Made by a program: the position numbers and the translations under genes. From assembly GCA_032718475.1 (NCBI GenBank), contig JAUCBJ010005881.1:1-64000 (forward strand): a stretch of 64,000 nucleotides of DNA, given 5' to 3'. Below the pieces are notes generated by a model. It ran no database searches, was not told the DNA's origin, and was given only the letters and a program-made list of their open reading frames with translations. Below, piece after piece: positions 48,416-61,963 of this stretch. This stretch comes from Nemertoderma westbladi (Eukaryota > Animalia > Xenacoelomorpha). How positions within the stretch are numbered: the first letter of the stretch is position 1; each line of letters starts with the position of its first letter.

Positions 48416-50454
48416 GTCCAACATCCAACTTGGTTCCGTCCCACATCCAACTTGGATCCGTCCAACAGCCAACTTGGATCCGTCCAACATCCAACTTGGA
48501 TCCGTCCAACAGCCAACTTGGATCCGTCCAACAGCCAACTTGGATCCGTCCAACAGCCAACTCGGATCCGTCCAACATCCAACTTGGATACGCCCAACAG
48601 CCAACTTGGATCCGTCCAACATCCAACTTGGATCCGTCCAACATCCAGCTTGGATCCGTCCCACATCCAACTTGGATCCGTCCAAAATCCAACTCGGATC
48701 CGTCCAACATCCAACTTGGATACGTCCAACAGCCAACTTGGATCCGTCCAACAGCCAACTTGGATCCGTCCAACAGCCAACTTGGATCCGTCCAACAGCC
48801 AACTTCGATCCGCCCAACATCCAACTTGGATCCGTCCAACATCCAACTTGGATCCGTCCAACATCCAACTTGGATCCGTCCCACATCCAACTTGGATCCG
48901 TCCAACATCCAACTTGGATCCGTCCAACATCCAGCTTGGATCCGTCCAACATCCAACTTGGATACGTCCAACAGCCAACTTGGATCCGTCCAACAGCCAA
49001 CTTGGCTCCGTCCAACATCCAACTTGGATCCGTCCAACAGCCAACTTGGATCCGTCCAACAGCCAACTTGGATCCGTCCAACAGCCAACTTCGATCCGTC
49101 CAACATCCAACTTGGATCCGTCCAACATCCAACTTGGATCCGTCCAACAGCCAACTTGGATCCGTCCAACAGCCAACTTGGATCCGTCCAACATCCAACT
49201 TGGATCCGTCCAACAGCCAACTTGGATCCGTCCAACAGCCAACTTGGATCCGTCCAACAGCCAACTTGGATCCGTCCAACAGCCAACTTGGATCCGTCCA
49301 ACATCCAACTTGGATCCGTCCAACAGCCAACTTGGATCCGTCCAACAGCCAACTTGGATCCGTCCAACAGCCAACTTCGATCCGTCCAACATCCAACTTG
49401 GATCCGTCCAACATCCAACTTGGATCCGTCCAACATCCAACTTGGATCCGTCCCACATCCAACTTGGATCCGTCCAACATCCAACTTGGATCCGTCCAAC
49501 AGCCAACTTGGATCCGTCCAACAGCCAACTTGGATCCGTCCAACAGCCAACTTCGATCCGTCCAGCATCCAACTTGGATCCGTCCAACATCCAACTTGGA
49601 TCCGTCCCACATCCAACTTGGATCCGTCCAACATCCAGCTTGGATCCGTCCAACATCCAACTTGGATACGTCCAACAGCCAACTTGGATCCGTCCAACAG
49701 CCAACTTGGATCCGTCCAACAGCCAACTTGGATCCGTCCAACATCCAACTTGGATCCGTCCAACAGCCAACTTGGATCCGTCCAACAGCCAACTTCGATC
49801 CGTCCAACATCCAACTTGGATCCGTCCAACATCCAACTTGGATCCGTCCCACATCCAACTTGGATCCGTCCAACATCCAACTTGGATCCGTCCAACATCC
49901 AACTTGGATCCGTCCCACATCCAACTTGGATCCGTCCCACATCCAACTTGGATCCGTCCAAAATCCAACTCGGATCCGTCAAACATCCAACTTGGATACG
50001 TCCAACAGCCAACTTGGATACGTCCAACATCCAACTTGGATCCGTCCAACAGCCAACTTGGATCCGTCCAACATCCAACTTGGATACGTCCAACATCCAA
50101 CTTGGATCCGTCCCACATCCAACTTGGATCCGTCCCACATCCAACTTGGATCCGTCCAAAATCCAACTCGGATCCGTCCAACATCCAACTTGGATACGTC
50201 CAACAGCCAACTTGGATCCGTCCAACATCCAACTTGGATCCGTCCAACAGCCACCTTGGATCCGTCCAACATCCAACTTGGATCCGTCCCACATCCAACT
50301 TGGATCCGTCCAAAATCCAACTCGGATCCGTCCAACATCCTACTTGGATACGTCCAACAGCCAACTTGGATCCGTCCAACATCCAACTTGAATCCGTCCA
50401 ACAGCCAACTTGGATCCGTCCAACATCCAACTTGGATCCGTCCCACATCCAACT
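48416..50454. repeat. 20-bp satellite (CCAACTTGGATCCGTCCAACA[T/G])n, left part
   Basis: Visible array; explains the six long overlapping ORFs. Confidence 0.97.
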
Positions 50455-52149
50455 CACAGTGGGGCTTAACTTGGTTTTTGGCAAAGGTTGGACCCCGTTC
50501 ATGAAAATAAGTTTTTTGAGCTTAGTTGGTCCCCTAATGTAAAAATTCACAAAAATTAAAATATTTCATGGGTGGCTTTTTATATTAATACTATTTAAGT
50601 AATTATTTAATACTAATCATATTACTAAATTTCATCACTTACTCCCCCAAACATATTGACAGGTTTATTTTGCTCCATTGGTGTCACATTGTACAAAAAA
50701 TAAAAAAATTTAAAATTTCATGGGTGGCTTTTAATATAATTAATATATAATAGTTAATAATAATAATTAATATTAATATTAATAAATATTAAAATTAAAT
50801 ATTAATAAATATATAATAATAATTAATTATTTATTTAATACTAAATATTATTACCTTTAACAAAGGATGTTACCCCATTCCTGAAAACACGTTTTTTGGC
50901 TCTAATCATGTCTCGATGAATAAAATATAAAAAATTAGAAAGTTTCATGGGTGGCTTTTAATATAAATGCTATTTAATTATTTATTTAATACTAAATATT
51001 ATTACCTTTAACTAAGGATGTTTGTTACCCCATCCCATACATGAAAAAAGTTTGTTTGGCTCCAAGCATGTCTTGGTGAATAAAATATAAAACATTAGAA
51101 AGTTTCATGGGTGGCTTTTAATATAAATGCTATTTAATTATTTATTTAATGCTAAATATTATTACATTTAACAAAGGATGATTGGTACTCTTTCCCATAC
51201 ATTAAAACTAGTTTTTTGGCTTCAAGCAGGCCTTGATGAATAAAATATAAAAAATTAGAAAGTTTCCAGGGGGGCGTTTAATATTACAATTATTTTATTA
51301 TTCAATTAATACTAAATATTATTACTTATATATATTTATATGTATAACGAACCTTTTACGCCCATTGAATAATGTAAAAACGGTTTACATATGCAGTGGC
51401 GATTTCGTTCCCAAATATATATTGACGTTCTGTACTCATTCGAAGATACTTTGTAAAGCGCATGAAAATAATGAGTGTATACAGTAGCGTTTTCGTCAAG
51501 AAAAAATTCGTCAAAACTTACGATCTTTTAAAAAAACACAGTATGTTAGTTTTATACAGTATAATTATGTAACAAAAATTGTTAAGTGTAGGTAAACTTT
51601 ACTGACTTTCAAGTACTGTACAAGTAGAGTAGTTGTATTGAGTAGGATATCAGCCTACTGTATATACAGTAGTGCAAAACTACTGTAGGCCTACTATACA
51701 TTCCGATTATTCTGTGTTTCTGTTTATTTATTATTTAATTATTAATTCACAACCAAGTTTGATATATTTTGTTTTATAAAAACCCTATATCACTATATAA
51801 CCTGACAATTTCAAATGGGAAGGGGGGGGGGGGGGATATACGCAAGAAATATTTAACCTACTTCAAGGGAAAATCGATGCGCAAATACCACCAACCAGCA
51901 AGAATGAAACGGGAACTTACGATATAAACTCTCATGTCACTCAGTTTCCCCTTTCTTCACACATTTATTCCCCTTGTAAGCTTAATCCGTGCTTTGTTAG
52001 CGTTAGGTAAACATGCGAACATTGAACATACAATTTAATTTCAGACGTTAATAAAATTATGTTTTGACGACCAACAAGTTACATTACATACTGTTGTAGG
52101 CCTATGTAAAAAAACGATGATACGTAAACATTGATACGTAAACAATGAT

Positions 52150-54430
52150 ACGTAAGTCAATCGCCAGAGACTTGACTTGTCATACTTGACTTGACATTGC
52201 ATTGACTTGAAATATACCCCATTTGGCTTTGTCATCCTTCAGTTGATATAATTCAATTCTCATACTTGATTTGACATACACATACTTGACTTGAAATTCT
52301 TCTGCCAAAAGAAGTCAAATATGCTAAGTTAAGTACGTCAACTTTAAGTCAAGTAAAGTGATCACTTAAACATAAACAGGCTATGATTTCTACATTATTT
52401 ATGTATACATTTTGTCATTGTCACCACTATATTTCGTCAATTTAAGTCGATGAAATGCCAAAGGTAGGAAAAAATAAACATTTAAAGTCACAAATACGCC
52501 ACAAATAATCCAAGTCGACATTTTATATATAGGAATATATAATGTAACAAATTCTCCAATCGGTGTTGTTAAAACGCCTTTCGTATAAAAAATAAATCTA
52601 AAGGGTTACAAATACGACGTATTTGTAACCCTTTAGATTTATTTTTAAACTTTCCGCGATGTGAAGACAAGCTTTGTATGTGACGTCGTCACATACAAAG
52701 CTTGTCTTCATATCGCGGAAAGTGTTGCTATCAGTCGCATTTTTTCTAAGCCCTGACATATTATGCATTAAGCCTATTTATATTAGCCTACTGTACCAGA
52801 CTGAAAATCATATTTTTTAGATTGTTGGCTGGTTATATTTACTTAACATACTGTACTTTATTTGACATACAGTATTTGACTTAGCTTATTCTACTTGACA
52901 TAATTGACTTGACATACTTGACTTGACAAAGTTGATTTAACTAAGATGGCCAATAATGCTCCCACAGGAACCATCAGCTATTACAAAAAGCCCGATAATT
53001 GTCAATCATCTAAGTAATCTTCAGGATAACCAATTTCATAATATAATAGTCGATTTTTCTGGAGTCCAGCCAATGGCATTCTAGAACGGTTTATGTAGCA
53101 CAATGTAGCGACGTCATTAAGTACGCTGATTTGCCAACCCTGCGAGTTGGTAAATATTCGGATTCTAGGCCTGGGACGGTATTATGATGGGGGGTGGTAG
53201 TGCTGGTGTCAAGTCTAGCATGTCAAGTCAAGTATATCAAAATAAATTAGAAATTAGAACCTTAACATTCCTACACCATTACTGAATATAGTGTCTTTCT
53301 TTTAGTGTCGATATTATATTGCACCAGTTGCGCCGTTATTCTTCGTACTGTATTTATAGTGAATTCTGGGTTCCAAAGGAAAGGTATCATGGAAGCGTGT
53401 CAGAAAACGCGGCTAAAAGCGCGGAAAAAACGCCTCAACGAAAATGGCCTTCTCAGTAGGCCTTGTGCAAATTATTATTTTTTTTCTACCTTTGGCGTTT
53501 TATGGACTTCAATTGACGAAATTGTTTCATAATGCGATTAAGTTGTGACAATGAAAAGATATATGCATAAATAATGGAATCAAGTGTATTCACAGTGTTG
53601 AAGTCAATGGCTTCTATGTCCAACTCAATTTATCGATTAAACTCAATGATATTGAATTTATTTTCCTTAAAGTTACCCACTCTTCTACACATGTGTGTGA
53701 AAGTCAAAGCCAAGCTAACATTAAAGCATAGAACATCGCCGTGACCGTCACAAAGGTCGAACCCCCCTCCCCCTGTCACAAAATGTCACGCAAAAAAGAC
53801 TGTCTACCCCCCCCCCCCCCCCCCCCCCCCCTAGTGCGTGACATACTTTATGAACGCCCCCCTTGTCATTTTATCGACTTCAATTGACGAAATAGTTCCA
53901 TTATGCGATTAAGTTTTAACAATGAAAACATTTATGCATAAATATTGTAGCAGACATAGCCTGTTTAAGTGATCACATTACTTGAGGCACTTGACTTCTC
54001 TTGGCGGAAGAAATTCAAGTCATGAATTTCAATTCAAGTATGTCAAGTCTGGTCAATTCAAGTACATATGTCGGGTCAATTATTTTGTCAAGTCAAGTCC
54101 TAGTTTGTCAAGTAAAGTGTATCAAGCGAAGTCTAGTATGCCAAGTCAAGCACATTTATATCAAGTGAAGTCAAGTATATCACGTCAGTTATGTCAGGCC
54201 AAGTCATGTCAAGTCAATAATTTCAAGTCAAGTAAAATATGTTAATTTGTCAAGTCAAGTAATGTACAGTATGTTACGTAAATATGTCAACAGAAGTATA
54301 TCAAATCAAATAGGCCTATATCTTTAAGTCAAGTGGAGTATGACAAATAAATTATGTCAAACCAAAAATCACAAGCCATGTCAAGTACCGATATGTCAAA
54401 TCAAGTATGACAAGTCAAGTATGTCAAATG
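52150..54430. repeat. Nested imperfect inverted-repeat structure with (GTCAA)n-rich arms
   Basis: 52150-52470 (ACTTGACTTG.., AAACAGGCTATG, ATTTCGTCAATT) is inverted relative to 53860-54430 (AATTGACGAAAT, CATAGCCTGTTT, GTCAAGTCAAG). Confidence 0.65.
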
Positions 54431-54769
54431 AAGATGGTAGAAATGAAATGATAGATGGGATTCAGTTGTTTCGGTCGCTCTCTCTATGGATAGATAGTAA
54501 ACAGCAACACAGATTAGCGACGAACTTTATATGAAATACCAGTTGAAGACAGTTTTTACTTAGAAACCATGAAATGGAGACATAGCTTAATTCGCATTAT
54601 TTTATAATGAAACAGTAAACGAAATTTTCATATCTATTTTAGTTTTGGAGTTATTTGATTTTTTGTAGACCTCACTTATTTTGAAATTAGTAGAAATTTA
54701 AGTGGTCAATTTTTTGTAAGATAAGCTATTACTTTTTCAACATACTATAATTGTATTTGTCCTACAGGA

Positions 54770-55304
54770 TAATTTTCGCTATGAGTTTTCCTGTTCAGTG
54801 ATTTCATTTCAATTGTTACTTTCCACGGCTGACGGATTCTAGACTGTCCATCAGTCTGTCTGTCTGTCTGTGTGTCGGTTTGTCTGTCAAAATTAGGGAA
54901 ATATGATATGTAACAAAATATTTTGCTTGTGGGTGAAATGAAATCACTGACCAAGAAAACCCCATAATTATTTGTTAATTTGATATATTTCTCAATTTTG
55001 ACAGACAAAAGACAAACAGGACAGACAGACCGACAGACAGACAGACGTAAAAACATTAAATAATCAATCAAACGTAAAAAAAATAGCTACCGGAAATGAA
55101 ATCACCGACCAAGAAAACCCCATAAATAGATATGTTTCTTAATTTGATTTATTTCTCAATTTTGACAGAAAGACAGACCGACAGACAGACGTACAAACAT
55201 TAAATAATAAATCAAACGTAAACATAGATATCAGAAATGAAATCACCAACCAAGAAAACCCCATATATAAATTTTTTTGTTAATTTGATTTAGTTCTCAA
55301 TTTC

Positions 55305-55342
<38 letters not shown>

Positions 55343-55700
55343 AAGTCTAGATTTCTTTAAACTGGAAAAGTGAAATTTTAACTGTAATTACCACCCAGTG
55401 ACATTTTAAATGTTATCACCACCCAGAAAAACCTTATAACACAAATTTTGAACAGTTTGTGCACTTCTTAAATTTTAACAGACTGACAAACCAAAAACAG
55501 ACAGACTGACTGACATGCAGACAATCGTCTAGAATCGATATATAGTGAAAACCGATATCGTATTTTAAATCATCGGCAAATAAAAACCCAATAGCAAAAA
55601 AATTTAGGTGGTGGTGTTATATTTATTTATTTGTTACATTTTTGACAGAGAAACAGACAAGTATTCAGACAAACAGACAGAGTGACCTCCAATAAAAATA
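54770..55700. repeat. Cluster of (GACA)n/(GTCT)n-bearing repeats, Helentron/DINE-like; related copy at ~12695-12790
   Basis: Recurring GAAATGAAATCAC..ACCAAGAAAACCCCATA...TTCTCAATTTTGACAGACA units of ~150 bp. Confidence 0.55.
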
Positions 55701-58450
55701 CAAATTAAAACATTGTCGCCAAAGTTCCATACACTGATGTGTATCTGAATTCTGACGTATGTACCTAATGTTTTACAAGTCTGCTTTGAAATATCGTAAA
55801 AGTTTACATAATAATCCCCCCAATTACAGAAAATTGGCGGGAACGTTTGAAACTCTCATAACTTTAAAGCCGTTTTTCTCAAAACTTTGTTAATATTTGG
55901 TCATTAGACTACTAATTTTCAAAACTCAATATCTTTATCGGATTTGAAATCTGTTTTCAGTGTTCGATTCAGCATAAAAATGTGTATTTGAATCAATAAA
56001 AAAACACAAAATTATTTTTTGTAACCGTAGGTCGGATTCTTGATCAAACCCCACATTTTTAGATAATTAGTCATTATTATCATATGTAATAAATCACACA
56101 AGAATTTGCACCACAGGTTTCTTGGACGTATTTTTAACTTGTATATTTATTTTTTATACAACAGACGTGTTTCATCAGTACTAATTAGTAATTACATAAT
56201 TTGTTACATTATTCATTCTTGCTGTATATATTGCATATAATGGCGAATTAATGCTATTAACTTTTGACGCATTTGCAACTATATATATATATATTTCATG
56301 TGTATGATAAAAAGGCATATATGTTACATACATATATCGCATCATTTTACTACAATTCAACATTATTTTGGTGATAGCATTAACTAATGTTTCCTTTATT
56401 AAATGAGAATAAAATATTTAAAACAAAAATAATATCTAAAAGTATTAGTTAGTTAGTTTATTTATGATGATCTTAATCTGATGATTGTAATCTGAACACT
56501 GTATATTGTATAATTCATAGCCCCATAATAAAAATAAATTGGCATCATATCAGTTCATTATTACCAGCATTAATTCAACACAGTGGCGATCCACTTAGAC
56601 TATTTACTATATCTAATGGAAACTACCCATTTACAAGCGAGTTTATCAAAAGTGAAGCAGTTTAGCACAGAAAAAGCTTTCTTCGTGGTGGATTAAGTAA
56701 TTTTATGTTCATTGGTACTTTGCACTGGTTGAACAAAAAAATAGTGTGTGACATCTGACTTTAGACCTAAAATACACTGAGAGCGCCACTAAGGCGTAAT
56801 CGTTACAAGTAGTCAATACGCCCAGATATCCATGATAACGCCCTTGTTACATTTCCCAAAATCGTTAAAACGCCGTTATACATAACCATTTATGTCGAAT
56901 TCGCTACGTGTTACATCTATATTTATATATAGTATATAAGCTCATTGTTTATACAATGAAGGACTAGCGTAGATCAGCAGTTGGAAGATATGGACCAGTC
57001 CACAATCTTCATAAAAAATCCCATATTTTCAAACATTTTATCTATAATCTACGTATTTATTTACTTTTTTTTATTAATATAATTCCTCAACTGGTGGTCA
57101 GCAACATTGTATCAATAATCATTGTGTCTTACCTACAACTGTACTGAGTCGTTGTAGGTAATAAGACACAATGTGTACTCTCTCTATATAATTGTTTATT
57201 TATATTACCAATCAAACCAACCGAACCAACCATATATTAGTAGAACATCAGTAGGTATAATCTTTCACATTATTCACGCATGGATGCACACACCTCCTAC
57301 ACTACATTATAATATAAAATAACAGCTACATTAGTTCATGATTGTCCTTAGTCTTGGGTATAGATATACAGTATGCTTCAGTTTAAGGCATATTTTTCAT
57401 TCATTCATTTTTAAGTGGTTCTTAAGTTAAATATAAAATACATTTAAGAACATCGATCTTATTATAAATTTATAAAACATCATAAACTATTTAATTTTAT
57501 TTCTTACTTAATCTTACACACTGCAGATAATGGTGCGCCATTATCTGATATACCTTTCATGTATACATGTATATAGTCTAATGTTGTTAGTGGACTGAAA
57601 TGTTTATTTCGTTCCTGAAAAATGCCACATCATTCTAAGATTGGGTTAATTTTCTGAACAAGCAACATTTTCTTGAAAAACATGGTCGAAGTATAAAGTT
57701 TTAGAAAGTCATCCAAGATACGCAAATTAGCTACTTCAAGCAGTTAAGGAATATAATTCGAAACATGTATGAACTATTTTTGGTTTTTAATGGAGTATAC
57801 AGTATATCAAAATAATTACATATATTTAGTATTAACTGGATAAATAAATAGTTGTATTATTAAAAATTACCAATGAAACTTTCTAATTTTTTGTATTATA
57901 ATCATCAAGATATGCTTGGAGCCAAAAAAACTTGTTTTCATGAATGGGATAGGGTACCAAACATCCTTTGTTAAAGGTAATAATATTTAGTATTAAATAA
58001 ATAATTAAATATAATTTATATTAAAAGCCACCCATGAAACTTTCTAATTTTTTATATTTTATTCATCGAGACATGATTAGAGCAAAATAACTTGTTTTCA
58101 TGAATGGGGTAACATCCTTTGTTAAAGGTAATAATATTTAGTATTAAATAAATAATTAAATAGCATTATATTAAAAGCCACCCATGAAATTTTAAATTTT
58201 TTTATTTTGTGTACAATGTGACACCAATGGAGCAAAATAAATCTGTCAATTTGTTTGGGGGAGTAAGTGTTGAAATTTAGTAATATGATTAGTATTAAAT
58301 AATTACTTAAATAGTATTAATTTAAAAAGCCACCCATGAAATATTTTAATTTTCGTCAATTTTTACATTAGGGGACCAACTAAGCTCAAAAAACTTATTT
58401 TCATGAACGGGGTCCAACCTTTGCCAAAAACCAAGTTAAGCCCCACTGTG

Positions 58451-59193
58451 AACTTGGATCCGTCCAAAATCCAACTCGGATCCGTCCATCATCCAACTTG
58501 GATACGTCCAACAGCCAACTTGGATCCGTCCAACAGCCAACTTGGATCCGTCCAACAGCCAACTTGGATCCGTCCAACATCCAACTTGGATCCGTCCCAC
58601 ATCCAACTTGGATCCGTCCAAAATCCAACTCGGATCCGTCCATCATCCAACTTGGATACGTCCAACAGCCAACTTGGATCCGTCCCACATCCAACTTGGA
58701 TCCGTCCAAAATCCAACTCGGATCCGACCAACATCCAACTTGGATACGTCCAACAGCCAACTTGGATCCGTCCAACATCCAACTTGGATCCGTCCCACAT
58801 CCAACTTGGATCCGTCCAACAGCCAACTTGGATCCGTCCAACAGCCAACTTGGATCCGTCCAACAGCCAACTTCGATCCGTCCAACATCCAACTTGGATC
58901 CGTCCAACAGCCAACTTGGATCCGTCCAACAGCCAACTTGGATCCGTCCCACATCCAACTTGGATCCGTCCAAAATCCAACTCGGATCCGACCAACATCC
59001 AACTTGGATACGTCCAACAGCCAACTTGGATCCGTCCAACATCCAACTTGGATCCGTCCCACATCCAACTTGGATCCGTCCAACAGCCAACTTGGATCCG
59101 TCCAACAGCCAACTTGGATCCGTCCAACAGCCAACTTCGATCCGTCCAACATCCAACTTGGATCCGTCCAACAGCCAACTTGGATCTGTCCAA
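58451..59193. repeat. 20-bp satellite, right part
   Basis: Same unit and orientation as 48416-50454. Confidence 0.97.
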
Positions 59194-60434
59194 TAGACAT
59201 AGATCCAGCATGTAGGCCTACAGTTAATAAATATAATGAAATAAATAAAATAATGATAATGAATGAATTTATGAAAATCGAATTTATATAAAGCAAAAGT
59301 AGTTGCCTAGGAACAACAATAAGTATAATTATTATAATAAGTAGTTTATTTTATATTAGACTTGGTGTTACTTGGCTACTCGGTGTTCGAACTATAAATA
59401 CAGTGAACTATTGTTAAAGTTTAATTTTACGATTGATTATTGTGGGAATTAATATAAATACCTAGTGGCAGCAGATGTGGAGGAATTCAATAGAATACAA
59501 CAAGGAATCAATTCAAGTTGGGGCGATGCACACATTAGCCGTTATACTTTTTTTTTAATGTCTACAATTTCTACTGAAATTAAAATATTTTGATTTTATA
59601 CAGTATGGGCTGTTAAAATATGGCTAAAGATTTGTTTTTCGAAAAATTTTCAAATTTTCAATCGCCCTGTAGCGGCTATTGAATGAAACAAGACTTGCGG
59701 CTAAAATGCTACTAGTCATTGAATTTTAGGTGAAATTGCCTGCAACCAATTTTTTCGAATTACAGAGGTGAGCTCCACAAAAGTTATCGGTTTTACAATT
59801 TTTAGTCTTGCCTTTTTATGTAAATTAATTAATATTTATTAATATTTGCCAAAATTTAACAAATTTTTGGCTTTAATCTGAAAAATTGGCTGTAAAACCA
59901 AAAATATAAAAATTATAACCGATAACTTTTAAAGAACAGTTGAAAACCTTTCGAATGAGCCAAAAATAAAGAAAATTGGATAAAAAAAAGGCGGAGGATT
60001 AGTATTTTGAAAAATGTCATTCCGAGATAAGTTCATTCCGAGGTTGTCTGTCTGTCTTACAATTTGACTGACAGACCGTCATACAGAAAAATAGCAATAA
60101 CTCGAGAACTAAAAGAGGTTTCACTAAGCGATTTTCAGATTTTAAATCCCCATTAAATTCTGCTATAAAAATTTTGACCAGGGGGGGGGGGGGGGTACTC
60201 CGGCCCCGGCGAATGTAATATAATGCAATAGTGATAAGGTAGTAAAATAATGTAAGTTCATTTTACGGAATACATTAAAACTTTATTTGATTTCAGTTAA
60301 AATTAATGATTATATATTTTTCACCCCACGTGGTATATCGGGAGATCAGGACACCTGCCTACAGGTGTTATTGTACTGTACGTCCAAGAGCAGAAGCTGT
60401 TTTTAACGACTCTTAGGTATGTATCTTGATTGAC

Positions 60435-61963
60435 CCCCCCCCCCCCCCCCCTGAGGTCTTTAAAATACCTGAGTGTTTAAAGCTCATCTATCCCATCATA
60501 GTAGACATGTACCGAACAACAAGAGTCCCACAAGAAATGAAAACAAATAAGTTGGTGCCAGTTCCCAAGAAGGGCAACCTAACACTCTATGGTTCTTTTC
60601 GGGGAATCTCATTGATCTCGATTGCTGCAAAGCTATACAATAGGATTCTATTAAATCGCATCAGGGATCCCATTGAGAGACTGCTCCGTGGAAATCAGAA
60701 TGGGTTCCGTAAAGGTCGTGGGACCATGGAGCCCATTTTGGCACTTAGAAGGATAATTGAAGAGTTATCAAAAAAGAAAGACAGGCATCTGGCTGTTATC
60801 TTTGTTGACTTCTTCAAGGCCTTTGATTCAGTCTCTCGCTCACGTATGTTCAGCATACTTTCATTATATGGGATTCCTGATGAAATTATTGCAGCAATCA
60901 GATCAGTATACGATGGTTCGACAACATTTGTGTCTACTGTTGACGGTGACACAGAACCATTTGAAGTGTTATGGGGCGTCCTCCAAGGAGACACACTTGC
61001 ACCATTCTTGTTCATTATTGTGGTTGACTATGTTCTACGCATGTCCTTAGATAATTATAATGATGATGGGGTGATGATAACTCCACCTACTGGCTCCAGA
61101 AGTCGAGGAAATCCTGCCAAGTACCTAACTGATCTAGACTTTGCTGATGACTTAGGAGTACTCTCAGAATCATTAGAGGGAGCCCAACGGCTCCTCAGCT
61201 CATTAGAACATGCTGCTTCTAGTGTTGGTCTTTTTATTAACTCCAGTAAGACCAAAATTCTGACAGTTAACTTTGAAAGTCCTCAGCAAGTCTCTGATCG
61301 GATGAGCATAAGCTCAAAGGATGGTATGCTAGAGCATGTGGACGACTTCTGTTACCTGGGATCATGGATCCGGAAGTCAGGTGAGGACCTTCGAATACGT
61401 AAGGGAAAGGCATGGGCAGCCTTGAATAGGCTTTCCAGGATTTGGAAGTCACCGAGAATTAATCGGAAACTTAAGGTCCGATTATTTAGAGCAGCAGTAG
61501 TTCCAGTACTCCTCTACGGGAGTCCATGCTGGGCTCTAACTGCTGAGGACACCAAATCTCTGGATGGCACATTCACAAGAACGCTACGCCGGGTACATTG
61601 TGTCAAGTACAATGCACACATCTCCAACCAGACACTATATAACATTGGAGATGTCTCATTGGTTCCCCCAAGCTTGACACTAGAACAAAATCGCCTCCGC
61701 TTTGCAGGACATTGCTTTCGCCGTGAGGACCAGCCAGTGCATAATCTTGTACTTTGGCAGCCTCATGGAGTGAATAAGCATGGTGGACAGCCCATGACTT
61801 TCTTGAGACGCATCTTAAAGGACACTGGCCTTAAAGATGCGGATGATCTAGCAAATGTCATGGATAATAGGGAGTTGTGGCGGTGCAATTTTGTTGACAA
61901 GCCGGCACAGCATTCTTAAAAATGCAGCTGCAATGCAGCATGCCGATCCTAGTAGTAGTAGTA
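60435..61963 (+). mobile_element. 5'-truncated RTE-clade non-LTR retrotransposon
   Basis: 12-bp TSD ATCTTGATTGAC (60423-60434, 61964-61975), (TAG)n 3' tail, short 3' UTR, poly-C at the 5' junction. Confidence 0.92.
60450..61919 (+). CDS. RTE reverse transcriptase (N-terminally truncated, open frame)
   Basis: PKKG, FRGISL, QNGFR, FVDFFKAFDSV, GVLQGDTLAPFLF, LDFADD, YLGS, RLRFAGH motifs. Confidence 0.92.
   Translation, partial: PEVFKIPECLKLIYPIIVDMYRTTRVPQEMKTNKLVPVPKKGNLTLYGSFRGISLISIAAKLYNRILLNRIRDPIERLLRGNQNGFRKGRGTMEPILALRRIIEELSKKKDRHLAVIFVDFFKAFDSVSRSRMFSILSLYGIPDEIIAAIRSVYDGSTTFVSTVDGDTEPFEVLWGVLQGDTLAPFLFIIVVDYVLRMSLDNYNDDGVMITPPTGSRSRGNPAKYLTDLDFADDLGVLSESLEGAQRLLSSLEHAASSVGLFINSSKTKILTVNFESPQQVSDRMSISSKDGMLEHVDDFCYLGSWIRKSGEDLRIRKGKAWAALNRLSRIWKSPRINRKLKVRLFRAAVVPVLLYGSPCWALTAEDTKSLDGTFTRTLRRVHCVKYNAHISNQTLYNIGDVSLVPPSLTLEQNRLRFAGHCFRREDQPVHNLVLWQPHGVNKHGGQPMTFLRRILKDTGLKDADDLANVMDNRELWRCNFVDKPAQHS

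Larger units (their letters stand above)
50455..58450. mobile_element. 8-kb non-autonomous TIR DNA transposon (CAC...GTG ends, 4-bp TSD; Chapaev/CMC-like)
   Basis: Termini CACAGTGGGGCTTAACTTGG / CCAAGTTAAGCCCCACTGTG; TIRs over 600 bp (50455-~51330, ~57810-58450) with TTTCATGGGTGGCTTTTA subrepeats; TSD AACT; no transposase ORF recognised. Confidence 0.85.

Noticed and set aside
50455-50481. True V(D)J-type RSS or ProtoRAG transposon
   Set aside because: The nonamer-like motif is inverted, the spacer is 11 bp at both ends, the TSD is 4 bp and no RAG-like ORF is seen.
48342-50550. 500-700-aa ORFs in all six frames (also 58401-59296)
   Set aside because: Translations of a stop-free 20-bp satellite.
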